Shown: piece after piece, positions 33,015-42,061 of the stretch
Layout of the letters: each line of letters starts with the position of its first letter
Position numbering within the stretch: position 1 is the stretch's first letter
DNA from: Candidatus Aminicenantes bacterium
Lineage (GTDB): Bacteria > Acidobacteriota > Aminicenantia > Aminicenantales > Saccharicenantaceae
Direction: 5' to 3'
Length of the DNA stretch: 64,000 nt
NCBI GenBank assembly: GCA_963754085.1
Contig: CAVWFA010000003.1
Coordinates: forward strand, 135,854-199,853
Notes under the pieces: model-generated
Told to the model about the DNA's origin: nothing
The model's input: the letters and a program-made list of their open reading frames with translations, nothing else
The model's database searches: none
Made by a program: the position numbers and the translations under genes

Positions 33015-34487
33015 ATGAGAAGTCTACGTTCGCAGGCCGTTCTCGTTCTCGCCGTTCTTCTCGCGACCGCGGCCGCCGCCCAGACCGTCGACAAGAACCT
33101 CCAGAACGGGCTTGCGGCCATCAGCCCGAACGAAGCCTACGATATCGTCAAGACCCTGGCCCGCCCCGAGTACGCCGGACGCCTGACCGGACATCCGGGC
33201 TACACGGCCGCCGCCCAGTGGGCCGGGAAGAAGCTCGCGGCCTGGGGCTTGAAGCCCATCTCGGGCCAGGACGGCTACCTCCAGCCCTATGCCTCCCCTT
33301 ATACCGTCATCGACAAGGCCGAAATGACCATCCTGTTGCCCGACGGCCCCCCCGATCCGGCCAAGTCCCCGGCCTATAAAGAGATGAAGCTCGTCCCCGA
33401 AAAGGATTTCCTCCCTCTCCTCTACTCCGACAGCGCCGACCGGACGGCCGCGTCCGTCTTCGCCGGCTGGGGCATTTCCGCTCCCGAGATCGGTTACGAC
33501 GATTACGCCGGCCTGGACGTCAAGGGCAAGTTCGTCATCTGCTTCCGCGGCACCCCGGAGCCGGACGTGAAGTACCAGCGCTTCGACGAGCACCGGACCC
33601 GGATGAAGACCGCCCTCGACAAGGGCGCTCTCGGCATCGTCTATATCTACTCCGACATCGCCTCGAATCCGAACGGCGATTTCCTCCCGGGATTCACGCC
33701 GGCCATGATCGGCGAGAAGGTCATGGACGCGATCCTCAAGGACGTCAATGCGACGTCCGCCGACCTGAAGAAATCTCTCTTGACCTGGAAGCGGCCGATC
33801 TCCTTCCCGCTCCGGGCCAAGATCCGCCTGGCGGTCCAGTCCCGGCACTTCCCCCAGGCCGTCGGCTACAACGTCGTCGGATACATCGAGGGCTCCGATC
33901 CGAAGCTGCGGCGCGAGTGCGTCGTCATCGGCGGCCACTTCGATCACACCGGCGCTCCCATGGGCCTGCTCTTCCCGGGCGCCGACGACAACGCCAGCGG
34001 CAGCGCCACCTGCATGGAGGCCGGCAAGGCCTTGGCCGCCCTGGCCCGCAAGCCCAAGCGCTCGATCGTCATCGCCCTGTTCGGCGGCGAGGAGCTGGGC
34101 CTCCAAGGATCGACCTGGTTCGTCGATCATGTCCCCGGGCCCTTCGACCAGGTCGCGGGCATGCTCAATTTCGACATGACCGGCGAAGGCGACGGTCTCT
34201 GGGGCGCCGTCTCGGCCGAGCCGGCCGAATTCAGGAAAGCCCTGGAGGAAGCCGACAGATCCGTCAAGGTCCTGCGGGGGCTCGGGGTCATCAGCGGCGT
34301 CGGCGTCCGCGGCTCGGACTTCGCCCCGTTCTTCCTCAAGGGCATCCCCGCCGCGAGTCTCGGCTCGAACGGCCCCCACCTGGCCTATCACCAGACGGGG
34401 GACACGATCTACCGCATCAACCCCGACATCATGGCCGACGCCGCCAAGCTGGCCTTCCTGGCCGCCTATGCGTGGGCCGACCGCTGA
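33015..34487 (+). CDS. M28 family peptidase with PA domain (secreted)
   Basis: 490 aa. Signal peptide, GGHFDH, GADDNASG and FGGEELGLQGS motifs. Paralog of 30463..32017. Confidence 0.9.
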   Translation: MRSLRSQAVLVLAVLLATAAAAQTVDKNLQNGLAAISPNEAYDIVKTLARPEYAGRLTGHPGYTAAAQWAGKKLAAWGLKPISGQDGYLQPYASPYTVIDKAEMTILLPDGPPDPAKSPAYKEMKLVPEKDFLPLLYSDSADRTAASVFAGWGISAPEIGYDDYAGLDVKGKFVICFRGTPEPDVKYQRFDEHRTRMKTALDKGALGIVYIYSDIASNPNGDFLPGFTPAMIGEKVMDAILKDVNATSADLKKSLLTWKRPISFPLRAKIRLAVQSRHFPQAVGYNVVGYIEGSDPKLRRECVVIGGHFDHTGAPMGLLFPGADDNASGSATCMEAGKALAALARKPKRSIVIALFGGEELGLQGSTWFVDHVPGPFDQVAGMLNFDMTGEGDGLWGAVSAEPAEFRKALEEADRSVKVLRGLGVISGVGVRGSDFAPFFLKGIPAASLGSNGPHLAYHQTGDTIYRINPDIMADAAKLAFLAAYAWADR

Positions 34488-34495
34488 GGAGGGAC

Positions 34496-35116
34496 ATGAG
34501 AGTCGCGAAAGAAGGTCTGCGCTTGATCGTTCCCGCCACGGGACTGGCCGTGGTCTTCGGGATCGTCGGCCTGGGCGGCCTGGCCGCGCTCTTCTTCGTC
34601 CTCGCGGCCGCCCTGGTCTTCTTCTTCCGTGATCCCGACCGCGTCCCGCCCGCGGGCGAGCATCTCCTGGTCTCCCCCGCCGACGGCGAGGTCCTCGGAG
34701 TCGAGCCCGTCGAGACTCCGGCCGGGCCGGCCACCAAGCTGACCATCTTCCTGGCCCTCTATAACGTCCATCTCGTCCGCGCCCCGTTCGCGGCCACGGT
34801 CGCCTCGGCCGAATATCACCCCGGCAAATTCCTGCCCGCCTACAAGCCCGAGGCCGGGGCCCACAACGAATCCCAGACGCTCGTCCTCAAGGGCGGCCGC
34901 ATCGACGCCGTCCTGAAAATGATCGTCGGGGTGGCCGCGCGCCGCATCAAATGCTTCGTCCAGGCCGGCGAGGCCGTCGAACGCGGCCGGAAGATCGGCC
35001 TGATGTTCTTCGGGTCGCGGGTCGAGCTGACCCTGCCCCGAGGCGCCTCCGTCAAGGTCGGGCTCCACGACCGGGTCAAGGCCGGAGAAACCGTCATCGC
35101 GGAGGTCCAGCCATGA
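34496..35116 (+). CDS. psd: phosphatidylserine decarboxylase proenzyme (short type)
   Basis: Internal start MRVAKEG (in frame with ORF 33917..35116). N-terminal TM helices and a self-cleavage-type motif FFGSRV. ATGA junction with pssA. Confidence 0.85.
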   Translation: MRVAKEGLRLIVPATGLAVVFGIVGLGGLAALFFVLAAALVFFFRDPDRVPPAGEHLLVSPADGEVLGVEPVETPAGPATKLTIFLALYNVHLVRAPFAATVASAEYHPGKFLPAYKPEAGAHNESQTLVLKGGRIDAVLKMIVGVAARRIKCFVQAGEAVERGRKIGLMFFGSRVELTLPRGASVKVGLHDRVKAGETVIAEVQP

Positions 35117-35868
35117 AAACGAAGAAGCCGAGCCACGGCATCGCCGTCATCCCCAGCCTGTTCTCGCTGACGAACCTGTTCTTCGGGTTCATGAGCGTCC
35201 TGCTGACGTTCCAAGGCCGGTACCGGATGGCGGCGCTGCTGATCATCTTCGCCGCCCTCATGGACGGCCTCGACGGGCTGGTGGCCCGGGCCACGCACAC
35301 GCCGTCCGACTTCGGGATCGAGCTCGATTCGCTCGCCGACGCCATCTCCTTCGGGCTGGCCACCTCGCTCCTCCTCTATTATTGGGGCATGGAGATCGCC
35401 GGACCGCCGGCCGTGTTCTTCAGCTTCGTCTTCCTGACCGCCGGCGTCCTCCGCCTGGCCCGCTACAACGTCCGCAGCCACGTCCCCTCGGACCGGAAGC
35501 ATTACCAGGGGCTGACCGTTCCTTCGGCGGCCATATTCATGGCCTCGGTCGTCAACTTCCACCCGGTCCCGCTGGCGGAGCGTCAATCGGGCTTCCTCGT
35601 CGCCGTGCTGATCCTCCTCATCTCCCTGTGCATGGTCAGCACCTTCCCCTACCGGAACTTCGTCAAGCTCTTCATCGGCCAAAGGGTCAACATCCGCACG
35701 GCCCTGTTCGTGGCCGTCTCCCTCTTCGGCGTGCTCTTCTACACGCGCTATTTCCTGCTCATCTATACCGGCCTGAACGTCCTCTCGGGACCGTTCATGG
35801 CCCTCGTCCGGACGTTCCGCAAGCACCCCCGGAAGAAGCCCGAGCCCAAGGTCGCCATCCCTTCATGA
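35113..35868 (+). CDS. pssA: CDP-diacylglycerol--serine O-phosphatidyltransferase
   Basis: CDP-alcohol phosphatidyltransferase motif DGLDGLVARATHTPSDFGIELDSLADAIS. Multi-TM protein. Confidence 0.9.
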   Translation: MKTKKPSHGIAVIPSLFSLTNLFFGFMSVLLTFQGRYRMAALLIIFAALMDGLDGLVARATHTPSDFGIELDSLADAISFGLATSLLLYYWGMEIAGPPAVFFSFVFLTAGVLRLARYNVRSHVPSDRKHYQGLTVPSAAIFMASVVNFHPVPLAERQSGFLVAVLILLISLCMVSTFPYRNFVKLFIGQRVNIRTALFVAVSLFGVLFYTRYFLLIYTGLNVLSGPFMALVRTFRKHPRKKPEPKVAIPS

Positions 35869-37175
35869 AGTTGAGGATCGGGCGGGCCGGCCGGCTCAAT
35901 GGGATCCGCGTCGCGGCCGCGTGCGGGCTGGCCGCCGGCGCCGTCGTCCTGCTCGTGATGCTGGCGCGGGTCGTTGTCCCGCCGCGGCCGCCGGAGCCGT
36001 TCCGGCCCGAACCCGCGGCGGTCTCCATGGCCCCGGCCCCGGCGATCCCAGCCCTCGTCGAAGAGAAGATCGTCATCCCCCTCCGGTCCAACCTGGCCGA
36101 CCTGCTGAAAAAGCGCGGCTTCACCGACCGCGAGATCCACGATCTCCGGGAGGCGGTCAAGCCGGTCTACGACCTGGGCCGGATCCGGGCCGGCCAGGAG
36201 CTGCGCCTGGCCTCGCTCCCGGACGGGCCGTGGCGGCGGCTGGAGTATGACGTCGACGAGACGCGGTACCTGGTCGTCCGCAACGAGGAGGGCGGTGTCA
36301 GGGCGGAGATCGAATATGTCCCCATCGAGTTCAAGCCGGCCGTCGTCACGGGCGTCATCGAGGACAGTCTCATCGCCGCGCTGAACAAGGCCGGCGAGCA
36401 GGACAGCCTGGCCATCGACCTCGTCGAGCGCTGTTTCGGCTGGGACATCGATTTCAACACGGACCTGCGCAAGGGCGATTCCTTCCGCGTCTTCGTCGAG
36501 AAGCGGTTCCTCGACGGCCGGTTCGCCGGCTACCGCGACATCCTGGCCGCGGAGTTCACCAACGAGGGACGCGTCTACCGGGCCTTTCGCTTCACCTACC
36601 CGGATACCAAAGTTTCGGATTATTTCGACGAGACGGGCGGGTCGAGGCGGAAGGACTTCCTGCGCTCGCCGATCAAGTTCGCCCGGGTCACCTCGCGGTT
36701 CTCGTCCAGCCGCCTCCATCCGATCTACAAGATCTACCGGCCCCACTACGGCGTCGACTACGCGGCCCCGGTCGGGACGCCCGTCCAGGCCACGGCCGAC
36801 GGCGAGGTGACCTTCGCCGGCCGGGAGGCGGGCTCGGGCAACGTCGTCAAGATGCGCCACAAGAACGCCTACGCCACCGCCTACCTCCACCTGAGCCGCT
36901 TCGGCCCGGGCGTCCGCAAGGGCGCCCTCCTCAAGGGCGGCGAGATCATCGGCTACGTCGGATCGACGGGCGATTCGACCGGACCCCATCTCGACTACCG
37001 CATCTATTACCACGGCGGCCCGGTCAATCCGCTCGGCCACAAGTTCAAGCCGGCCGATCCCCTGCGCAAGGAATTCCTGGAGGATTACCGGAAGGACGTG
37101 CACCGGCTCAGCGTCGCCCTGCAGCTGCCCGAGATCGTCCGGACGCTGACCGTCGCGCCCGGGCTCAGTTTTTGA
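35865..37175 (+). CDS. M23 family peptidoglycan metalloendopeptidase
   Basis: Start MKLRIG (in frame with ORF 35382..37175, ATGA junction with pssA). TM anchor. HYGVDYAAPVGTPV and GSTGDSTGPHLDY motifs. Confidence 0.9.
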   Translation: MKLRIGRAGRLNGIRVAAACGLAAGAVVLLVMLARVVVPPRPPEPFRPEPAAVSMAPAPAIPALVEEKIVIPLRSNLADLLKKRGFTDREIHDLREAVKPVYDLGRIRAGQELRLASLPDGPWRRLEYDVDETRYLVVRNEEGGVRAEIEYVPIEFKPAVVTGVIEDSLIAALNKAGEQDSLAIDLVERCFGWDIDFNTDLRKGDSFRVFVEKRFLDGRFAGYRDILAAEFTNEGRVYRAFRFTYPDTKVSDYFDETGGSRRKDFLRSPIKFARVTSRFSSSRLHPIYKIYRPHYGVDYAAPVGTPVQATADGEVTFAGREAGSGNVVKMRHKNAYATAYLHLSRFGPGVRKGALLKGGEIIGYVGSTGDSTGPHLDYRIYYHGGPVNPLGHKFKPADPLRKEFLEDYRKDVHRLSVALQLPEIVRTLTVAPGLSF

Positions 37176-39276
37176 TCTTCCCGCCCTCGCTTGTCCCCGA
37201 GCCCTTGGTCTCCCGGCCGCCCGACGCGGTCGAGGTCCCTTCGGACTGGGCCCGTCCGGCGGACGGCCCGGGCCCGGCAGAGCCGGTCGAGCTGGAGCCG
37301 CCGGCAGAACCGCCCCCGACCGACGTGGCCGGACCGTAGCTGACCCCCTCCGAGGTCATGCGCGGCGTCAAGCCTTGGGACCGGAGCCGGTCGTGGGATG
37401 AGAGCCTGAGCTCCGGACAGCGGACCTCGTTCCGCATGCTCGAGTATTCGATGTGGACGCCGAGCTCGCGGGCCACGCGCAGGTCGGGATTCCAGTCGCG
37501 GAAGCGGGCGGGCGCGAGGCCGCCCCGTTCTCTCGCGTCGCCGGTCCCCTCCCGGCGTCCGGCTGCGGGGTTCGTGTCAACCCGGTCAACCCGGTTGTCG
37601 CGGCCGGCGCGGGCGACCGGGTTGGCCGAGGCTTCGGGGACGGCGATCATGCCCCCGCTGTGAATGGTCGCCGCTTCGGGCGCCGGGATCCGTCGCGGCG
37701 CGGCCGCCGGGCCGTCGATGCCGCGATAGATCCGGGCGGCTTCCCGCGCGGGATCCTTGACCCACAGAGGCGCCGGCTTCTCCCCATCCCCCGGGGCCCC
37801 CGGCTTCGGGACCTGGTCCCAGGTCAGGGCCTTCTCGTGGACGGACCGGGACCTGAGGTCGTCCTTGGCGACAAAGACGAGATTCTTGGGCACCTGGGCC
37901 GCGCTTTCGCGGATGGCAGGGTCGCCCTTCGCGTAGGCGTCGGCCACCCTCTTGACGAGTCCCTTGAGCTCGGGGGGGACGGGCAGCGAGCCCGCCGACG
38001 GATCTTTCAGCGCGTCCCTGCTCACGGGCTTCCGGTAGCTCACCGGAGTCGGCGTGTCGGTGGCCGTCCCGCCGCCCGAGAAGGGGGCGCCCCCCATAGG
38101 CCAGTAGTAGTCCCAGTTGCCGCGCATGTAGCGGTAACTGGAGATCCAAAAGGGATCGGAGCCGTACATGTAGGGATCGTCGATCATCCAATCGTACATG
38201 CTCCACGGCCGCCAGCTGGCATAGCCGTAGTAGAAATCCCAATCCACCCAGGCCGGAGCGAAGAGCGAGCCGGGCATCCAGAACCAGCCGCGCTTCTTGT
38301 CCCACTGCCAGATGCCGAGGTGATAGGGCACCCAGCCCCAGGGCTCCTGGGGCACCCAGAACATCTGGCCGCCGGAGTTGGACCAGAAGCCGTAGTAATA
38401 CGGGCTCCAGCCCCAGGGGTAGCGCCCGTTGTCGATGTACGGGCGCCAGATATAGCCGTAGAAATCGTCCCAGAGCCATTCGCCGTAGGTGTTGCCGTAG
38501 GCCTGGGCGAAGTAGAAGACGGCCGGGGGCAGATACTGGATGGGTTTGGGGAGGGGCGTCAGGCCGTCATGGAGCTCGTCGAAATGGGCGTTGATGTCCT
38601 TGTTCCAGAGCTCGAACGCCGTATCGTCGATGGCCGCGGCCAGCTCGAACTGGTGGTCGGCGAGGACGATCAGGCGCTCGCCCTTCTTGACGGCCCGGTC
38701 GTCGAGCCGCTTCTCGTCCGGGCCGAAGAGCACGCGGGCGCTGCCGTATTTCACCTGGGTCTCGGTGGTCCCGTCGCCGGCCGCGGCGACGTAGGCGACG
38801 GAGTTATGCTTCATCTTGACGGCGGCGTTGGCCGTCAGCACCTGGAACATCTCCTTGCGCCCATATTCCTTGTACATCACGTAGATCCGCCCCTTGGCCA
38901 GGGACAGGACCGAGAGCTCCTCGAGGCTGCTCAGGCTCCGGGCCAGGATCGTCTCGACGCGGACCTCGGTCGCGAAATCGAGGCGGACGATCGTCCCGGT
39001 GTCGAACTGGATCTCGCAGCGCCGGTCGCCGGACGTCCGGATCGTGTCGCCGGGACCGATGGGCAGGTTGAGGACGCCCGGCTCGGGTTCCGCGCTCCCC
39101 TCCCGCCGGACGGTCGGGCCCGAGCCTTCCGGCGCCTCTTCGACGAAGCTGATGTGGCCGAAATAGAAATCCTTCGGGCCGTTGAAGACCTTGTAATGCT
39201 CGGCGGCTCCCAGACCGGCCGCGGCAACCAGGAAGACCGCCCCGATAACCGCCTGCCGAATGCCCCCGTTTTTCAT
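37165..39276 (-). CDS. secreted FecR-like domain protein with a Trp/Tyr-rich central region and a Gly/Ser-rich tail
   Basis: 703 aa. Signal peptide and a FecR-like beta region (GDTIRTSGDRRCEIQFDTGTIVRLD). An aromatic-rich block (WGWSPYYYGFW, EPWGWVPYHLGIWQW) resembles the family I recall as DUF6600, which is unverified. Confidence 0.65.
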   Translation of the reverse strand: MKNGGIRQAVIGAVFLVAAAGLGAAEHYKVFNGPKDFYFGHISFVEEAPEGSGPTVRREGSAEPEPGVLNLPIGPGDTIRTSGDRRCEIQFDTGTIVRLDFATEVRVETILARSLSSLEELSVLSLAKGRIYVMYKEYGRKEMFQVLTANAAVKMKHNSVAYVAAAGDGTTETQVKYGSARVLFGPDEKRLDDRAVKKGERLIVLADHQFELAAAIDDTAFELWNKDINAHFDELHDGLTPLPKPIQYLPPAVFYFAQAYGNTYGEWLWDDFYGYIWRPYIDNGRYPWGWSPYYYGFWSNSGGQMFWVPQEPWGWVPYHLGIWQWDKKRGWFWMPGSLFAPAWVDWDFYYGYASWRPWSMYDWMIDDPYMYGSDPFWISSYRYMRGNWDYYWPMGGAPFSGGGTATDTPTPVSYRKPVSRDALKDPSAGSLPVPPELKGLVKRVADAYAKGDPAIRESAAQVPKNLVFVAKDDLRSRSVHEKALTWDQVPKPGAPGDGEKPAPLWVKDPAREAARIYRGIDGPAAAPRRIPAPEAATIHSGGMIAVPEASANPVARAGRDNRVDRVDTNPAAGRREGTGDARERGGLAPARFRDWNPDLRVARELGVHIEYSSMRNEVRCPELRLSSHDRLRSQGLTPRMTSEGVSYGPATSVGGGSAGGSSSTGSAGPGPSAGRAQSEGTSTASGGRETKGSGTSEGGKIKN

Positions 39277-39352
39277 GGCCTTTCTCCCGTCTCCGGACGA
39301 TTGACATCATTATACTAGCATTTTTCATGCCAAAGAGCCCGCCTGATGATCA

Positions 39353-39420
39353 GGGACAGGCCGCCCGGGACTGTCCCCGGCCGAGGACGACCGCCCGGAA
39401 AATGGGGACGTCATGTCCCC
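39353..39420. repeat. two further GGGAC-type hairpins (GGGACAG-N11-CTGTCCC and GGGGAC-gtcat-GTCCCC)
   Basis: Read from the sequence in the intergenic region between the FecR-like gene and the NUDIX gene. Confidence 0.5.
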
Positions 39421-39425
39421 ATGCA

Positions 39426-39455
39426 TTGACAATCCCCGACGACGGCCCCTACAAT
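39426..39455 (+). promoter_or_regulatory. near-consensus sigma-70 promoter TTGACA-18-TACAAT
   Basis: TTGACA at 39426-31 and TACAAT at 39450-55, about 24 nt upstream of the NUDIX ATG. Confidence 0.5.
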
Positions 39456-39478
39456 GGCCCCTGAAGGCCAAGCCGCCG

Positions 39479-39994
39479 ATGGGACATCCGAAGTACCGCA
39501 ATCCGTTCCCGACCGTCGACATCATCATCGAGGTCATGGACGGCCGGCGGCGCCGCGGCGTCGTCCTCATCGAACGCAGGAACCCGCCGCCCGGCTGGGC
39601 GCTGCCGGGAGGCTTCGTCGATTACGGCGAGACGCTCGAAGCCGCCGCCGTCCGCGAGGCCCGCGAAGAGACCTCTCTCGACGTCGAACTCATCGGGCAG
39701 CTGGGCGCATACTCGGACCCCTCGCGGGACCCGCGCTTCCACACGATCTCGACGGTCTTCCTGGCCCGGGCCAAGGGTGATCCCAGAGGGGCTGACGACG
39801 CCAAGAGGGCCATCGTCTTCGATCCCCGCGACCGGAGCCTGCCTCTGGCCTTCGACCATCGGAAGATCCTCGACGACTATCTCGGATCCGGGAAAGGGAC
39901 CAGGCCATGTCCGACCACGATGACCGCCGTCCGCCGCAGGACGAAGACCTTGTCGAGGTCACCCGCGTCCTCGGCCCGTTCGAAGCGGACCTGA
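39479..39994 (+). CDS. NUDIX hydrolase
   Basis: Start MGHPKYRN (in frame with ORF 39413..39994). NUDIX box [24 protein letters not shown]. The last ~30 codons overlap the next gene and look non-native. Confidence 0.8.
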   Translation: MGHPKYRNPFPTVDIIIEVMDGRRRRGVVLIERRNPPPGWALPGGFVDYGETLEAAAVREAREETSLDVELIGQLGAYSDPSRDPRFHTISTVFLARAKGDPRGADDAKRAIVFDPRDRSLPLAFDHRKILDDYLGSGKGTRPCPTTMTAVRRRTKTLSRSPASSARSKRT

Positions 39995-40227
39995 TCAAGA
40001 ACTTCCTCGAAAGTCACGGCATCGTCTCCGTCATCCGCGGCCGCACGGCCCCGTTCGTCTATCCCTTGACCGTCGACGGGATGGCCGAGTTCAAGGTCCT
40101 CGTCCAAAAGACGGACCTCGAAAAGGCCCGCGATCTCGTCGTCGCGAGGCCCGCTCCGGACGACCCGGTCATCGCGGACAACCCGGTTGCCGCGGACGAC
40201 GAGAAAGGGCCGGAAAAGCCGGCCTAG
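39907..40227 (+). CDS. DUF2007-like small protein
   Basis: 106 aa. The core [28 protein letters not shown] resembles the putative signal-transducing DUF2007 fold. Confidence 0.6.
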   Translation: MSDHDDRRPPQDEDLVEVTRVLGPFEADLIKNFLESHGIVSVIRGRTAPFVYPLTVDGMAEFKVLVQKTDLEKARDLVVARPAPDDPVIADNPVAADDEKGPEKPA

Positions 40228-40327
40228 CGCTCTTCCGCCGGAACCGCCTCAACCGCTGGTATCCCGCCTCCGTTTTCGGCCCGCTTTTTGGGGTCCCCGG
40301 TTTTCTATTTTTTTGGGTTTTTTTTGC

Positions 40328-40356
40328 TTGACAAGCCCCGTTTTTCCTCATATATT
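40328..40356 (+). promoter_or_regulatory. dcw/mraZ promoter TTGACA-17-TATATT preceded by a T-rich tract
   Basis: Read directly from the sequence. It lies 36 nt upstream of the mraZ ATG. Confidence 0.6.
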
Positions 40357-40357
40357 T

Positions 40358-40382
40358 GGGACGAAACGGGACAAATCGGGAC
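40358..40382 (+). promoter_or_regulatory. three GGGAC direct repeats at 10-bp spacing (candidate MraZ operator)
   Basis: The sequence is tGGGACgaaacGGGACaaatcGGGACgc, between the -10 element and the mraZ start. E. coli MraZ binds repeated GTGGG-type boxes with the same spacing upstream of its own gene. Confidence 0.5.
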
Positions 40383-40391
40383 GCATCAATA

Positions 40392-40859
40392 ATGGCCAAC
40401 GTTCTCATCGGCAGTTATACCGCCCGCCTCGACGCCAGCGGGCGCATCAAGATCCCGGAAAAATTCCGCGAAGCGATCGAGCAGGTCTACGGCAAAGACC
40501 TCTTCGTGACCTCCCTCTCCGACGACTCCATCAAGATCTATCCGCTCAGCGTCTGGCTGTCCATGACCGATCTCACCTCCGAGGGCGCCGTCCACCTCCG
40601 GCCGGACGTCCGCAAGTTCATGCTCCGCGTCAACCGGAACGGCTCGCGGCACGAGCTCGACTCCAAAGGCCGGGTCCTGATCAGCCAGGCCCTGCGCGAG
40701 AAAGCCAAGCTGCACGATGAGGTCGAGGTCCTCGGCCTGTCCAACCACCTGGAGATCTGGAACAAGGACGTTCTCGACGGAACTCTCGAGGAGAAACCGC
40801 TCTCGGACGAGGATTTCGAGAGCATCGCCCGCCTCATCCCTCGAGGAAAGCCGGAATGA
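40392..40859 (+). CDS. mraZ: transcriptional regulator MraZ
   Basis: Start MANVLIGSY (in frame with ORF 40356..40859). Two SpoVT/AbrB-like halves (LDASGRIKIPEKFR and LDSKGRVLISQALR). Confidence 0.9.
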   Translation: MANVLIGSYTARLDASGRIKIPEKFREAIEQVYGKDLFVTSLSDDSIKIYPLSVWLSMTDLTSEGAVHLRPDVRKFMLRVNRNGSRHELDSKGRVLISQALREKAKLHDEVEVLGLSNHLEIWNKDVLDGTLEEKPLSDEDFESIARLIPRGKPE

Positions 40860-41752
40860 CGGAGAACGGACACCGCCCGGTCCTGCCCGCCGAAGTCATC
40901 GAATTTCTTGACCCGGGGCGGGCGGGCGTCTACATCGACTGCACCCTGGGGCTGGCCGGCCACGCCTCGCTCATCCTGGCGAAGAATCCCCGGGCCCGCC
41001 TGATCGGCCTGGACCGCGACGGCAGCTCCCTGGAGATCGCCCGCGAGCGGCTCAAGCCGTTCGCCAAGCGGGTCACGCTCTATCAGGCCGATTTCAAGGA
41101 CCTGGCCGGGCTCGACCTCCCGTTCGAAAAGGTCCGGGGCATTCTCGTCGACCTGGGCATCTCCTCCTTTCAGCTCGATACCCCCGAGCGGGGTTTCAGC
41201 TACATGCACGAAGGGCCGCTCGATATGCGCGTCGACCAGCGCCTGAAGACCACGGCCGCGAAGGTCCTCCACACCTACCCGGAACAGCGGCTGGCCGAGA
41301 TGTTCGCCCGTTACGGCGAGCTCGCCCAGACCCGCCGGCTGGCCCGGGAGATCGTCCACCTGCGCAAGCTCGGCCGGCTCGAAATGACGGGCGACCTTCG
41401 GGTCCTCATCGAACGGATCTACCGGTGGCGGCCGCAGAAAGGGCGCATCCATCCCGCGGCCAAGGCCTTCCAGGCCCTCCGCATCGAGGTCAACCAGGAG
41501 CTCGAGGGCCTCTCGGATTTCATCGACGCGACGGCCCGCCGGGCCGCGAAAGGCACGCGGTTCGTCCTCATCTCCTTCCACTCGCTCGAGGACCGCATCG
41601 TCAAGCGGGCCTTCCACGCCCTGGCCGCGCCCGAGGACGGCACACCCTTCCTCGCGGTCCTGACGCGCAAGCCGGTCATGGCCTCGGAGGCCGAGGTGGC
41701 CGAGAATTCCCGGGCCCGTTCGGCCAAGCTGCGGGCCGCGGAGAGGCTGTGA
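40856..41752 (+). CDS. rsmH: 16S rRNA (cytosine1402-N4)-methyltransferase
   Basis: 298 aa. HRPVL, DCTLGLAGH, DLGISSFQLD and ISFHSLEDR motifs. Confidence 0.95.
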   Translation: MTENGHRPVLPAEVIEFLDPGRAGVYIDCTLGLAGHASLILAKNPRARLIGLDRDGSSLEIARERLKPFAKRVTLYQADFKDLAGLDLPFEKVRGILVDLGISSFQLDTPERGFSYMHEGPLDMRVDQRLKTTAAKVLHTYPEQRLAEMFARYGELAQTRRLAREIVHLRKLGRLEMTGDLRVLIERIYRWRPQKGRIHPAAKAFQALRIEVNQELEGLSDFIDATARRAAKGTRFVLISFHSLEDRIVKRAFHALAAPEDGTPFLAVLTRKPVMASEAEVAENSRARSAKLRAAERL

Positions 41753-42051
41753 TGGTTCGCCGCAAGTGGAGCCTGAAAGGCATCGCCCTGGGCGCGGCCT
41801 TCGCCGGTGCGGCCATCGGCATCCTGACGTTCTACGTCTGGTACCAGACCGAGTCGGTCAAGCTCGGCCTGGATATCGGCAAGGGCGAGCAGAGGATCCG
41901 CGAGCTCGAGGTAACGATCGAAGCCCTCAAGCTTCGACGGGCCGAGCTGCTCGATCCGGCCCGGGTCGAGAGGATCGCCCGGGACAAGCTCGGGCTCGTC
42001 GATCCCGTCGACGACGACGTCATCTTCCTGAAGCTGGACGCCCCCCGTTGA
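41752..42051 (+). CDS. ftsL: cell division protein FtsL
   Basis: 99 aa, one TM helix then a coiled coil. Position between rsmH and ftsI, with an ATGA-type overlap with rsmH. Confidence 0.75.
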   Translation: MVRRKWSLKGIALGAAFAGAAIGILTFYVWYQTESVKLGLDIGKGEQRIRELEVTIEALKLRRAELLDPARVERIARDKLGLVDPVDDDVIFLKLDAPR

Positions 42052-42061
42052 GGCACCGACC

